Source of the DNA: Planctomycetota bacterium
GTDB taxonomy: Bacteria; Planctomycetota; Planctomycetia; Pirellulales; PLA5
NCBI GenBank assembly: GCA_029259895.1
Contig: JAJDEG010000122.1
Location: 1-53,293, forward strand
Direction: 5' to 3'
Length of the DNA stretch: 53,293 bases
The position numbers and the translations under genes were made by a program. The notes under the pieces are model-generated. The model worked only from the letters and a program-made list of their open reading frames with translations. It had not been told where the DNA came from and made no database searches. Position 1 is the stretch's first letter. Every line of letters starts with the position of its first letter. Below are positions 1 to 9,406 of the stretch, in pieces.

Positions 1-77
1 TCACGATCAGCTCGACCAGCCGATCCACATCGATCCGCCCGCTGCGAACGTCGTCCCTGATTTGCTCAACGTCCATG
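1..77 (-). CDS. 5' end of an unidentified gene running off the left edge (partial)
   Basis: Minus-strand ATG at 77-75 reads MDVEQIRDDVRSGRIDVDRLVELIV with no stop before position 1. Only 25 codons are visible. It is divergent from the methylase fragment, and the RBS is weak. Confidence 0.3.
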
Positions 78-195
78 CCCCAATTACATAACCAGTTCGG
101 CCAAATCACGCAGCGCCAGCTTCAGAGAATGGACAGCTACGTTTCATTGTTTCACGAGTAAGTATCTTGCATTTGCTTTTGTATCACCGAATATC

Positions 196-1356
196 GTGTT
201 TGCAGCACCTCATATCGTCATCGGCATGGATAAGTATAGTCACTTCGGAATACTGCAAGGTTTCTCGCATGAGACTTGGGTCAGATTCAAGACTTCTTAT
301 CTTTCCAGCTCACTAAGATATACGCCGAGCGACTGCTTCGAAACCTTCCCGTTTCCCGAATGTTCGGTAAGGCTTGACGTAGTGTCACGACACTACTACG
401 AGTCCCGTGCCATGTATATGTTGGCGAACAGTACAGGATTGACAGACACCTACAATCGCTTTCACGACCCCGGCGAAACTTCCGCCGACATTCAGAAGCT
501 CCGTGATCTGCATGTCGAGATGGATCAAGCGGTTGCCGCCGCCTACGGCTGGACCGATCTCGACCTCGGGCACGGCTTCCACGAAACCAAGCAAGGCGTC
601 CGTCTCACCATCAGCGAACCCGCCCGCCGCGAAGTCCTCCAGCGCCTGCTCAAGCTCAACCACGAACGCTACGCCGAGGAAGTCAAGCAAGGCCTGCACA
701 ACAAGAAGCGGAAGGGGACGAAGAGCAAGGGACGAGGGCGGAAGACCAAGGCGGCTCGCGGCAGTCCCACGCTGTTCGGTGATGAAAACGAAGAGCCGGA
801 CGCCGCCGACGCAGCGACCGAAGGCGACGCCGAAGACACGCCCACGGCCAACCGGCAACGCAGCGTGTCGAGCCGCTCGACGGAGGAATCGAGCCGCCCA
901 ACGCCCATCGAGGAAATCGCCTCCGACGAAATCATGGCCGCCTTCCGCCAAGCCGCCCGCGGCCGCGGATCGCTGGAGCGCGACGAGTTGCTCAAGGAAG
1001 CGTCGCTCATTCTCGGCTTCCAACGACTCGGACCCAAGATCGAAGAGGCATTGCGCGGCCACCTCCGCGCCGCCATCCGCCGCGGCATCATCGAAGCCGA
1101 CGGTGCCAACCTGGTCCGCGCAGCAACCACGTCAATGGCCGACTACGACCTCGAAGCCCTCCGCGAATCGTTCCGCTCGGTCATGCGCAAAGGCGCGAAC
1201 TACCAGCGCGAAGAAGTCATCCACGACCTAGCCCGCTACCTAGGCTTCGCCCGAGTCACCGACACCAGCCGCGACGCGATCAAGTCCGCCATCAACAGCG
1301 CCATCCGCCAAGGCATCCTCGGCTACGAAGGCAGCGAGATCTGGCGGGAAGAGTAA
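196..1356 (+). CDS. drmMI: 3' fragment of an MmeI/PglX/DrmMI-type N6-adenine DNA methyltransferase (post-catalytic/target-recognition region plus two tandem C-terminal helical repeats); no catalytic domain in the window
   Basis: The block KYSHFGILQGFSHETWVRF...LRYTPSDCFETFPFPE resembles the region following the catalytic domain in MmeI/PglX-type enzymes. The frame is open back to 61 and closed by TGA at 58-60. No FxGxG or NPPY-type motif is present. The C-terminus carries two similar ~55-aa units (LLKEASLILGFQRLGPKIEEALRGHLRAAIRRGIIE and VIHDLARYLGFARVTDTSRDAIKSAINSAIRQGILG). It sits at the head of the DISARM-like operon. Confidence 0.6.
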   Translation: MFAAPHIVIGMDKYSHFGILQGFSHETWVRFKTSYLSSSLRYTPSDCFETFPFPECSVRLDVVSRHYYESRAMYMLANSTGLTDTYNRFHDPGETSADIQKLRDLHVEMDQAVAAAYGWTDLDLGHGFHETKQGVRLTISEPARREVLQRLLKLNHERYAEEVKQGLHNKKRKGTKSKGRGRKTKAARGSPTLFGDENEEPDAADAATEGDAEDTPTANRQRSVSSRSTEESSRPTPIEEIASDEIMAAFRQAARGRGSLERDELLKEASLILGFQRLGPKIEEALRGHLRAAIRRGIIEADGANLVRAATTSMADYDLEALRESFRSVMRKGANYQREEVIHDLARYLGFARVTDTSRDAIKSAINSAIRQGILGYEGSEIWREE

Positions 1357-1388
1357 CTGAACCAACGACTTATCATGTGGGCTGATAC

Positions 1389-3062
1389 GTGATCCTCAAA
1401 AGCATCACACCACGTCACTTCGGACCGTTCATCGGCAACACGACGCTGCACTTCGATCCCGAAGTGACGGTCCTCACCGGTCCGAATGACGTCGGTAAGA
1501 GTCTGGCGTTGCGCGCGATTCAGTTGCTTTGCACGAAGCCCGCAGCCGAAGAACGCGAAGTCAATTGGAACCGATTCGGTGAGTTCGACGGAAAGTGGAA
1601 CGATGATCCGGACGTCTGCTGCGAGGCTGAGTTTGAGCTAACGCAGCAGTCAGTTGGATTGAAGGGCATTCCCCAGAATTACAAGCCAGGAACGCTCTTC
1701 CGCATTCGCAAGCGGCTAAACGTGCCGAGCAATGCCGCCGACATACTGGAAGCCCGAATTGGAAACACGAAGCCGCACGCGCAAGGCAACTGGGGGTGTT
1801 TTCCTCAAGTTCTGAGCCTTCCGCTCCAATCGGAAGTTCGGCCAAAGGTCGAGTTCGGGAGCCTCACGGAGGCGGAGAAGCACCTGTTGTGGCTGGGATT
1901 CGGCGGCAAGGCGGCAATAAGGCAACTCTCTACCTTGGACGATTTATCACGCGCGATTCGCATTGATGCGGCAACCACATTGCTGAACGAACGCCTGTTG
2001 CAGCTTCTGCCACTGGCGATGCCGATGCAATTGAAGTTGACCGAGGTGTCCAAGGACCCCTTTGCATTGGGCGTTAGCTTGATCGACCAACAATTGGGGT
2101 ACTTTCCCGTCAACTACCGCGGAACGGGTTTGCGAAAGCTACTCAACATCGCCGGCGCCTTGCTGCAACTCAATCCGACCGCCGGCCCTGCGATCATAAT
2201 CTTTGATGAGCCGGAATCGTCGCTTCATTCCGATGCGCAGCACATGCTTCGCCGTTTCCTTGAGGGCATCGCAGCCCAGCCGACATTCCAAGTCGTCTAT
2301 TCGACACACTCGCCGGCGATGATTAACACGCTGCGACCAAATTCGATCCGCGTTTTGGAGCGAAGGCGCGATGGCGACAAGGCTATATCTTGCTTCACGA
2401 AGGACACTTTCTCCGGGAACTATGCTCGTGTGCGATCGAGTCTCGGAATCACGCCCGCCGATTCGCTGCTCTATTCGCCGATCACTATCGTCGTCGAGGG
2501 AATCACGGAAGTCCTTTGTCTGCCGCTAGTCTTCGACAAACTGGCCAAGGCGGGAACGCTGGACAAAGCGCAACTCGACGTTCTGCTCCCGCTCACGCAC
2601 ATTCTCGATGGTGAGGGCGACACGTTCGAGCACCTGTGCCGACTTGCAAAGTCACAAGGCGCGCATCCGATCCTGTTCCTCGACGGCGACAAGTCGAATC
2701 GGCTAACAAAGGTTTGCAAAATGCACTCCGATGTCCCGATCGTGTTACTGCCAGAGCGACGCGAGTTCGAGCAAATCGTCCCACAACCGCGTTATATTGA
2801 AGCCGTTGCCGGTCTCCTTGGCGAAGCGTCAACGGAGATCACCGATGCTGGATTTACTACATGGCAGGCTCAAGCGGCCCTGCATGAGAAGATGGCCTTC
2901 TCCAAACGGGTCGATCGATGGATCGAAGACAAAATCGGTTATTCTCCGCACAAGCCATCCGTGATGGCGAAAGCGATCGAGTTGACGGATGCAGCCGAGC
3001 TCGACGCGGCGCCATTCGTAGAACTCGTTGAGAAAATGAAGACTGTTAGCGAAAGGCTCTAA
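1389..3062 (+). CDS. OLD-family ATP-dependent endonuclease (ABC/AAA15-type ATPase fused to a Toprim domain)
   Basis: GTG start. Walker A is LTGPNDVGKSLALRAI, Walker B is AIIIFDEPESSLHSDAQ, and VVYSTHSPAMIN follows. The C-terminal Toprim has ITIVVEGITEVLCLPLV (EGxxE) and PILFLDGDKSN (DxD). It lies 32 nt after the methylase fragment and 2 nt before drmA. Confidence 0.8.
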   Translation: MILKSITPRHFGPFIGNTTLHFDPEVTVLTGPNDVGKSLALRAIQLLCTKPAAEEREVNWNRFGEFDGKWNDDPDVCCEAEFELTQQSVGLKGIPQNYKPGTLFRIRKRLNVPSNAADILEARIGNTKPHAQGNWGCFPQVLSLPLQSEVRPKVEFGSLTEAEKHLLWLGFGGKAAIRQLSTLDDLSRAIRIDAATTLLNERLLQLLPLAMPMQLKLTEVSKDPFALGVSLIDQQLGYFPVNYRGTGLRKLLNIAGALLQLNPTAGPAIIIFDEPESSLHSDAQHMLRRFLEGIAAQPTFQVVYSTHSPAMINTLRPNSIRVLERRRDGDKAISCFTKDTFSGNYARVRSSLGITPADSLLYSPITIVVEGITEVLCLPLVFDKLAKAGTLDKAQLDVLLPLTHILDGEGDTFEHLCRLAKSQGAHPILFLDGDKSNRLTKVCKMHSDVPIVLLPERREFEQIVPQPRYIEAVAGLLGEASTEITDAGFTTWQAQAALHEKMAFSKRVDRWIEDKIGYSPHKPSVMAKAIELTDAAELDAAPFVELVEKMKTVSERL

Positions 3063-3064
3063 CG

Positions 3065-6000
3065 GTGAGCAGTGGCGAACAAAACGCGACGGCAAAGGTG
3101 GTCCCCACACAGCACGCCCTGCGCGCGAAGCTGGAGGCAATGGTCCTGGGCGACTTGCTCGGCCCCGCCGCCGGCGAGAACGAGGAATTAACCGAACGCA
3201 CAGTTCGCGATCGCTATCTCGTCGGCGTCCTTGCGCCAAGTCGAGGGACGATCGCAAGCTCGTCGGCATCGGCGCCCGCCCCAAGCCCCACGCCCGTCGA
3301 TGACGAAGACGACGACATCCCGTCGATCCCCGACGAACTCTCCGCAGGCGGCAGCGACACAGCCGACGACGGCACGACCGACGCCGACGTGCCCGTGGTC
3401 CAGGCCCATCTGCCGTCGTCTTTTGGCATGAGCTTCTGCGTTGGCGCCGACGCCCAGGCGATCGAGGTGACCGCGGCGTGGGGCCAGTACAAGCGCGAGA
3501 AGCGCGAAGATCAAACCGACCACAAGGGCAATCCCTTGCGAGTCTGGAAACGCTACCCGCGCCGCGGCAGCTTCAAGCTGCCCCTCCGCGACGGGCCGAT
3601 CATCGCCACACCGCCCGACTCCCAGTTCCCCGACATCTATGTCCGCGGCCGGATCCGCGATCGAACGACGCATTTCGTCGTCACGCTGTTCCTGGTCAAC
3701 GCCCAGGAGGAGCAGCGTCCCAAGGACGAATTTCACATCTTCCAACCGACGTTGAAAGTTACTGGCGAAGACGGTCAGGCGGTGTTCTGCAAACGCTCGA
3801 CAGTCGGCGCAACCGACGACCTCGAAGAGCGGATGATGGCGATGCTCTACCGGCGCCACGTCGAGTTCGCCGTCGGCCACGGCATCAGCGTTCACGCGGA
3901 AGTCGCCAAGGATTCGCCCGACCGGGCCACGAGCATCGAGACGGTCATTGTGCCAACCTACGAAGTTCCGCGGACCGCCCCGCCGACCGCGGACGATGCC
4001 GACGAGAATCCGGCGTTCGCCAAATTGGCCGGGCTGGTCCTCGATATGAAGGTGCTGGCCGAGTCGGACGCCAAACAGCTTCCACGGCAGCTTGGCCCGC
4101 TGGTCGAAGCTTACCGCGAATGGATCGATCGCGAAGAAGCCAAGCTCAACGATTCGCATGAGGGCCTGTCGCAGTTTGGCGACGCCGGCCCCGTGGCCAT
4201 CGTCAATTGCCGCGCGACGCTCAAGCGGATCGAAGAAGGACTGGCTTTGTTCGGCAGCGACGCGCAGGCGTTCGAGGCGTTCCAGTTCATGAACCGGGCC
4301 ATGTGGCTCCAGCGGACGCACTCGATCTATGCTGAAAAAGTCCGCCGCGGCGAACAGCCCGACTTCGACCGCGACATCGACGAGCCGAAAAACCGAAGTT
4401 GGCGACCGTTTCAGATTGCGTTTATCCTGCTCAACTTGCCCGGCGTCTCAAAGCTCGATCATGCCGAGCGCGGCATCGGCCCTGAGGCGCTGGCCGACTT
4501 GCTCTTCTTTCCGACCGGTGGCGGCAAGACGGAAGCGTATCTTGGCCTGTCGGCCTACACGATGGGCCTGCGGCGGCTGCAAGGCACGGTCGCCGGACGT
4601 CCGGGCGACGAAGGTGTAGCCGTGTTGATGCGGTACACGCTGCGGCTCTTGACGATCCAGCAGTTTCAGCGGGCGACGGCGCTGATTTGTGCTTGCGAGT
4701 CGATCCGACGCAAAGCGTTGGAGCACGGCGACGCACGCTGGGGCAAGACGCCGTTTCGCATTGGCCTGTGGGTCGGCCGCCGCACGACACCCAATCGCAC
4801 GGACGATGCCGTCGAGGCGATCAAGCAGGCTCGCGGCAACCAATACGTCGGCGGCGGCATCGGCACGCCGTACCAGCTTACAGCCTGCCCGTGGTGCGGT
4901 AGCGCCATCGAGGCCGGCAAGCACCTCGACGCGCAGCCGTATCCACACGGTTCCGGTCGCACGCTCACCTATTGCGGCGACAAGTTCGGCCAGTGCCTCT
5001 TCAGCAAGCGCCAGGCGGCGAACGAGGGATTGCCCGTCGTCGTCGTGGATGAAGAGATTTATCGCCGCCTGCCGTCCTTGCTGATCGCCACGGTCGACAA
5101 GTTCGCCCAGATGCCGTGGAAAGGCGAAGTTCAAATGCTCTTCGGGCAGGTCAACGGAGTTTGTGCCCGCCACGGTTTCAAGTCGCCCGAGATCGAAGAC
5201 TCGTCGTCGCACCCGCAGTCGAAATTCGGTTTGCCGGCCGTCCGCATGCAGGAACACTCGCCGCTGCGTCCGCCGGATCTCATTATTCAGGACGAGTTGC
5301 ACCTCATCAGCGGCCCGCTGGGCACACTTGTAGGCCTCTACGAGACGGCGATCGACAAGCTCTGCACATGGGAAGTCGGCGGCAAGCAGGTCCGCCCCAA
5401 GGTGATTGCGTCAACGGCCACGATCAAGAACGCCGACGTCCAGGTGCGGAGCCTGTTTCTGCGGACGGTCAACGTCTTTCCGCCGCCGGGCCTCGACGTC
5501 CGCGACAACTTCTTCTCGGTGCAACGCCCGCCGACGGAACAGGAGTTCGGCCGACGCTACATCGGCATTTGCGCACCCGGCCGCCGGCTCAAAGCGGCGC
5601 TGATCCGCGTTTACACGGCGTTTCTCTGCTCGGCACAGGCGCTGTACGAAACGTCCGGCAATCGCGTCGACCCGTGGATGACGCTGGTCGGCTACTTCAA
5701 TTCGATGCGCGAGCTTGGAGGGATGCGGCGGCTCGTCGACGACGACGTGTTCTCCCGTTGCCGCAAACAGGACCGCCGCGGCTTGGCCAAGCGGTTTTTC
5801 AACGGCGATTACCTGGCCGAGTTGACCAGCCGTATGCGGTCAGAGGAAATCCCACAGACGCTCGATCGCCTGGAGGCCGGTTTCGATCCGGAACTCGACG
5901 AGCGCCGCAAAGCAGCATACAAAGCGAAGGACTTCAAGAACGCGCCCAAGAAACCGCTCGACGTGTTGTTGGCCACGAACATGATTTCGGTCGGTGTCGA

Positions 6001-6697
6001 CGTCAAACGGCTTGGCCTGATGGTCGTCGCCGGACAGCCAAAGGCGACTGCCGAATACATCCAAGCCACCAGTCGCGTCGGCCGTACGTTTCCTGGCTTG
6101 GTTTGCACGGTATTCAATTGGGCTAGGCCGCGCGACCTTTCCCACTACGAAACCTTCGAGCACTACCACGCGACCTTTTACAAGCACGTCGAGCCGCTTT
6201 CCGTGACGCCGTTCTCGCCGGGAGCGCTACAACGCGGGTTGGCCGGCTTGCTCGTGTCGCTCGTGCGGCTGCGGAGCAACGAGTTCAACCCGAATGAATC
6301 CGCCGCTCGCATCACGACCGGCAATCCTTACGTTCAGGACGCGATCGAAACGATTGTGCGGCGCGCGGAACTAATCGGTGACGGAAATGCAACGGGCGAC
6401 TTTTGCCGTGCGGAGCTGCTAAGCAAGGCCGACTTGTGGCAAGCCGAGGCCCAAAACACGACCGGCGGGCGCACGCTGACTTACACCGAGCGGTATGGCG
6501 CAGGCGGCCCCAAACGCGGAACGGCGGTCCAACTTCTCCGTAATCCCGGCACCGAGCGCTGGGAAGACTTCACGTGCCTTAACTCGCTGCGGGAAGTTGA
6601 GCCGCCGGTGAAATTCATCGTCAGCGATGGCGGTCTCGACGAAGTGACGAGCGTTGCCGATGCCGACGACGTGCCCGATGAGGAGGAATCGGCATGA
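3065..6697 (+). CDS. drmA: DISARM DrmA-like DExH-box helicase
   Basis: 1210 aa with a GTG start. Motif I is FFPTGGGKTEAYLG, motif II is IIQDELHLISGPLG, and motif VI is YIQATSRVGR. A 4-nt ATGA overlap joins it to the downstream DUF1998 gene. Confidence 0.85.
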   Translation: MSSGEQNATAKVVPTQHALRAKLEAMVLGDLLGPAAGENEELTERTVRDRYLVGVLAPSRGTIASSSASAPAPSPTPVDDEDDDIPSIPDELSAGGSDTADDGTTDADVPVVQAHLPSSFGMSFCVGADAQAIEVTAAWGQYKREKREDQTDHKGNPLRVWKRYPRRGSFKLPLRDGPIIATPPDSQFPDIYVRGRIRDRTTHFVVTLFLVNAQEEQRPKDEFHIFQPTLKVTGEDGQAVFCKRSTVGATDDLEERMMAMLYRRHVEFAVGHGISVHAEVAKDSPDRATSIETVIVPTYEVPRTAPPTADDADENPAFAKLAGLVLDMKVLAESDAKQLPRQLGPLVEAYREWIDREEAKLNDSHEGLSQFGDAGPVAIVNCRATLKRIEEGLALFGSDAQAFEAFQFMNRAMWLQRTHSIYAEKVRRGEQPDFDRDIDEPKNRSWRPFQIAFILLNLPGVSKLDHAERGIGPEALADLLFFPTGGGKTEAYLGLSAYTMGLRRLQGTVAGRPGDEGVAVLMRYTLRLLTIQQFQRATALICACESIRRKALEHGDARWGKTPFRIGLWVGRRTTPNRTDDAVEAIKQARGNQYVGGGIGTPYQLTACPWCGSAIEAGKHLDAQPYPHGSGRTLTYCGDKFGQCLFSKRQAANEGLPVVVVDEEIYRRLPSLLIATVDKFAQMPWKGEVQMLFGQVNGVCARHGFKSPEIEDSSSHPQSKFGLPAVRMQEHSPLRPPDLIIQDELHLISGPLGTLVGLYETAIDKLCTWEVGGKQVRPKVIASTATIKNADVQVRSLFLRTVNVFPPPGLDVRDNFFSVQRPPTEQEFGRRYIGICAPGRRLKAALIRVYTAFLCSAQALYETSGNRVDPWMTLVGYFNSMRELGGMRRLVDDDVFSRCRKQDRRGLAKRFFNGDYLAELTSRMRSEEIPQTLDRLEAGFDPELDERRKAAYKAKDFKNAPKKPLDVLLATNMISVGVDVKRLGLMVVAGQPKATAEYIQATSRVGRTFPGLVCTVFNWARPRDLSHYETFEHYHATFYKHVEPLSVTPFSPGALQRGLAGLLVSLVRLRSNEFNPNESAARITTGNPYVQDAIETIVRRAELIGDGNATGDFCRAELLSKADLWQAEAQNTTGGRTLTYTERYGAGGPKRGTAVQLLRNPGTERWEDFTCLNSLREVEPPVKFIVSDGGLDEVTSVADADDVPDEEESA

Positions 6698-8538
6698 CGG
6701 TTTCCAGCCATTTGAAGAAATCTGAGGTTGGTGAGGTTCGCCCCAGTCAAATCCTCACGACATTCGGCGTTGGCTCGTTGGTCGACTTGCCGAATATGTC
6801 GGTGATCGTCATGGGGCTGGATGACTGGCCGATTGGCGACGAGATTCACGAGGAGCGCTTGATGCGCTCCGCTCGCTCGATCCTCGGCCCTCAAGTCGCG
6901 CGGTTTCTTACGCCGCCACGAGGTCCGGAATCGCCAGGTTCGCAAACCAACTGGTTTGACGAATCTCGCCAGATCGGCGTGCCGGTGGCCCCGTTTCCGC
7001 GATGGATGGTCTGCTCGAAATGCCGGCTGCTCGCGCCCATCAGTTCCGGGCTTTTCGAGCCGAAGGTCTATCCCTATCGTCCCGACCGGGCATGCTATCT
7101 GCACAATTGCACGACGCAGGGCCGCGCGCCGCTCGTACTTCCGGCCCGTTTCATGGTGACGTGCGAACACGGCCATCTCGACGACTTTCCGTGGGTGGAG
7201 TTCGTGCACCATGGGCCGACGAATTGCCGTGGTTTGCTGTACCTCTACGAAGTTGGTGCCAGTGGCGAGGCGTTGGATGTCGAATTGAAGTGCGATGGTT
7301 GCGAGAAACGTCGCCGCATGGGCGAAGCGTTTGGCGTTAACAACCGCACGACGATGTCCGCCTGCCGCGGTCGTCGGCCACAATTACGCGATATGGATCC
7401 CAATGGCTGCGACCAAGACCACGTCAAGCCGATGCTGCAAGGCGCGTCGAACCTCTGGTTTCCTGTGGTGATTTCAGCGCTGTCCGTTCCGCAAGCAACA
7501 GACGAGCTAGGGCAGCGCGTCGATGAAAACTGGGCGGTGCTGGAGCAGGCCACAAGCCCCGAGGTACTACGTGCCTTTCGTTCAATCGGTCAACTCAGGG
7601 ATTTGGGCAATTACAGCGACGATCAGCTTTGGGAGGCGATGCGAAAGAAGCTTCAGGGCGCTTCGGCCGCGACCGCAGACCCGGACGACCTCAAGTCGCC
7701 CGAATGGCGCGTGTTTGCCAACCCCACCAGGGCAAAGGAAAGCCGCTCGTTCAAACTGCGTTCTGTCGATCCGCCCGCCGACTTTGCCAGGCATTTCGCG
7801 AAGATCGTCTTAGTAGAGAAGCTCCGCGAAGTTCGCACGCTCGTGGGCTTCACGCGCATCATGTCGCCGCGCGATTTTGACAGCGCGGCTGATCTTCCGC
7901 CCGAGAACCGGGCTAGAATATCGCGCAAGGATCCGACGTGGCTGCCTGCCAGCGAAACACGCGGCGAGGGAATATTCTTCCAATTCTCCGAATCGCTGAT
8001 CCAGGATTGGGTGCAACGCAATCGCGCCTACGATCGTGAGTTCGAGCTTGGCCACCAGGCATGGCGTGCCACCAAAAACCTTGATCCCAGCAAGGGCAAC
8101 CCGGGTATCCGTTACGTCTTGCTGCATACATTCGCGCACGCGCTTATCCGGCAACTGGCCATCGAATGCGGCTACACGAGCGCTTCGATCACGGAACGCA
8201 TCTACTCGCGCAATCCCGCCGACGGAGAGCCGATGGCCGGCGCGCTGATCTACACCGCCGCGCCCGACAGCGAGGGGACGCTCGGTGGCCTCTGTGCTCT
8301 TGGCGAACCCGACAAGCTTGGTCGGCACATCCGTCGGGCGCTGGACAAGATGAGCCTGTGCGCTTCGGATCCCCTGTGTGCTGAGCACGCCGTCGACGGT
8401 GGCGACAAGCTCCACGGAGCTTCCTGCCACGCCTGTTCGTTCCTGCCGGAAACGTCGTGCGAGCGTGGGAATAAGTATCTCGATCGGTCGGCCTTGGTCG
8501 CGACCGTGGAGCGCACGAACCTGGCATTCTTCGAGTGA
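6694..8538 (+). CDS. drmB: DISARM DrmB-like DUF1998 protein
   Basis: N-terminus is VRPSQILTTFGVGSLVDLPNMSVIVMGLDDW, with Cys-rich zinc-ribbon stretches. The C-terminal signature is LLHTFAHALIRQL...YTAAPDSEGTLGGL...CHACSFLPETSCERGNKYLDR, typical of DUF1998. It is translationally coupled to drmA. Confidence 0.85.
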   Translation: MTVSSHLKKSEVGEVRPSQILTTFGVGSLVDLPNMSVIVMGLDDWPIGDEIHEERLMRSARSILGPQVARFLTPPRGPESPGSQTNWFDESRQIGVPVAPFPRWMVCSKCRLLAPISSGLFEPKVYPYRPDRACYLHNCTTQGRAPLVLPARFMVTCEHGHLDDFPWVEFVHHGPTNCRGLLYLYEVGASGEALDVELKCDGCEKRRRMGEAFGVNNRTTMSACRGRRPQLRDMDPNGCDQDHVKPMLQGASNLWFPVVISALSVPQATDELGQRVDENWAVLEQATSPEVLRAFRSIGQLRDLGNYSDDQLWEAMRKKLQGASAATADPDDLKSPEWRVFANPTRAKESRSFKLRSVDPPADFARHFAKIVLVEKLREVRTLVGFTRIMSPRDFDSAADLPPENRARISRKDPTWLPASETRGEGIFFQFSESLIQDWVQRNRAYDREFELGHQAWRATKNLDPSKGNPGIRYVLLHTFAHALIRQLAIECGYTSASITERIYSRNPADGEPMAGALIYTAAPDSEGTLGGLCALGEPDKLGRHIRRALDKMSLCASDPLCAEHAVDGGDKLHGASCHACSFLPETSCERGNKYLDRSALVATVERTNLAFFE

Positions 8539-8541
8539 TCC

Positions 8542-9333
8542 ATGACACCGGAGCGTATCATCGTCGAGTCGGCATACGCCTTGGCGTGCAGTTTGCCAAG
8601 CAGCACGATTGAGTCGGTGGCTGCGGCCGTTCGCACTTGCCCCCTGGGATCATTGCGGGCCGAAATCTCCAGATTGGTTGCGCATCACCATCATCGCGAC
8701 CTTGCGCTCGGGTTCGTCGATCGTTGGCGAATGGACGCCAACAACGTCGACGCTCTAACGGTGAGCGTGGCACTGCAATCCGCGGCGCTTTCCGAACAGG
8801 CCCACCGCGATTCGCAATCGGTCGAACTTGTATGGACCGGCCCTGATACCGAGCACGCGCCGTTTCGCCGCACCGAGCAGGCGATCCTGCAACTCCTCGA
8901 CGCGGCGGAGGATCGCGTCACGCTCGTGAGTTTCGCCGTCTACCGAATTCCCAACGTCGGCCAGGCGCTGGTTCGGGCCGCAAGACGGGGCGTTCGACTG
9001 ACCGTAATCGTAGAAACACCGAACAAGATCGAAGGCGCCGGCGAGTACAACACGATCCAGGCCTTGGGGCCGGAGGTGGCATCGTGTTCGACGGTCTACT
9101 ACTGGCCAAAAGAGAATCGCCCGATTGGTGACAACAACAAGGTCGGCATCCTGCACGTCAAATGCGCGGTCGCCGACGGCGAGTGGTTGTTCCTCTCATC
9201 CGCCAACCTCACGCAGCAAGCGTTCACGATCAACATGGAATTGGGCATGCTCGTCCGCGGCGGAACAATGCCATCCCGCGTTGAGCAACAGTTCGAGCAG
9301 CTCATCCAGAGCGAAGATTTGCGAAAACTGTAA
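8542..9333 (+). CDS. drmC: DISARM DrmC-like phospholipase D-family (single HKD) nuclease
   Basis: The HxKxxxxD motif occurs in GILHVKCAVADGEWLFLSSANLT. The protein is 263 aa and starts 3 nt after the drmB stop. Confidence 0.8.
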   Translation: MTPERIIVESAYALACSLPSSTIESVAAAVRTCPLGSLRAEISRLVAHHHHRDLALGFVDRWRMDANNVDALTVSVALQSAALSEQAHRDSQSVELVWTGPDTEHAPFRRTEQAILQLLDAAEDRVTLVSFAVYRIPNVGQALVRAARRGVRLTVIVETPNKIEGAGEYNTIQALGPEVASCSTVYYWPKENRPIGDNNKVGILHVKCAVADGEWLFLSSANLTQQAFTINMELGMLVRGGTMPSRVEQQFEQLIQSEDLRKL

Positions 9334-9406
9334 CGGAATAGAGGGAAATCAAAGGAAGTGAGGACGGCGTAACGCTATCAACAAACGCCCGGGGAGACTG
9401 CAACTC

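Noticed and set aside
385-1231. Long overlapping or antisense ORFs in the six-frame track. Examples are 385..1062-, 503..1231+, 3188..4321-, 4448..5302-, 5116..6126+, 6481..7383-, 22274..23389+, 25085..26335+, 31675..32457+, 35863..36728-, 40756..41784-, 45384..46049- and 46729..47742+.
   Set aside because: They overlap genes with clear family motifs. Their composition is Arg/Ala/Pro/Gly-rich, typical of off-frame translation in high-GC DNA, and they show no recognisable motifs.
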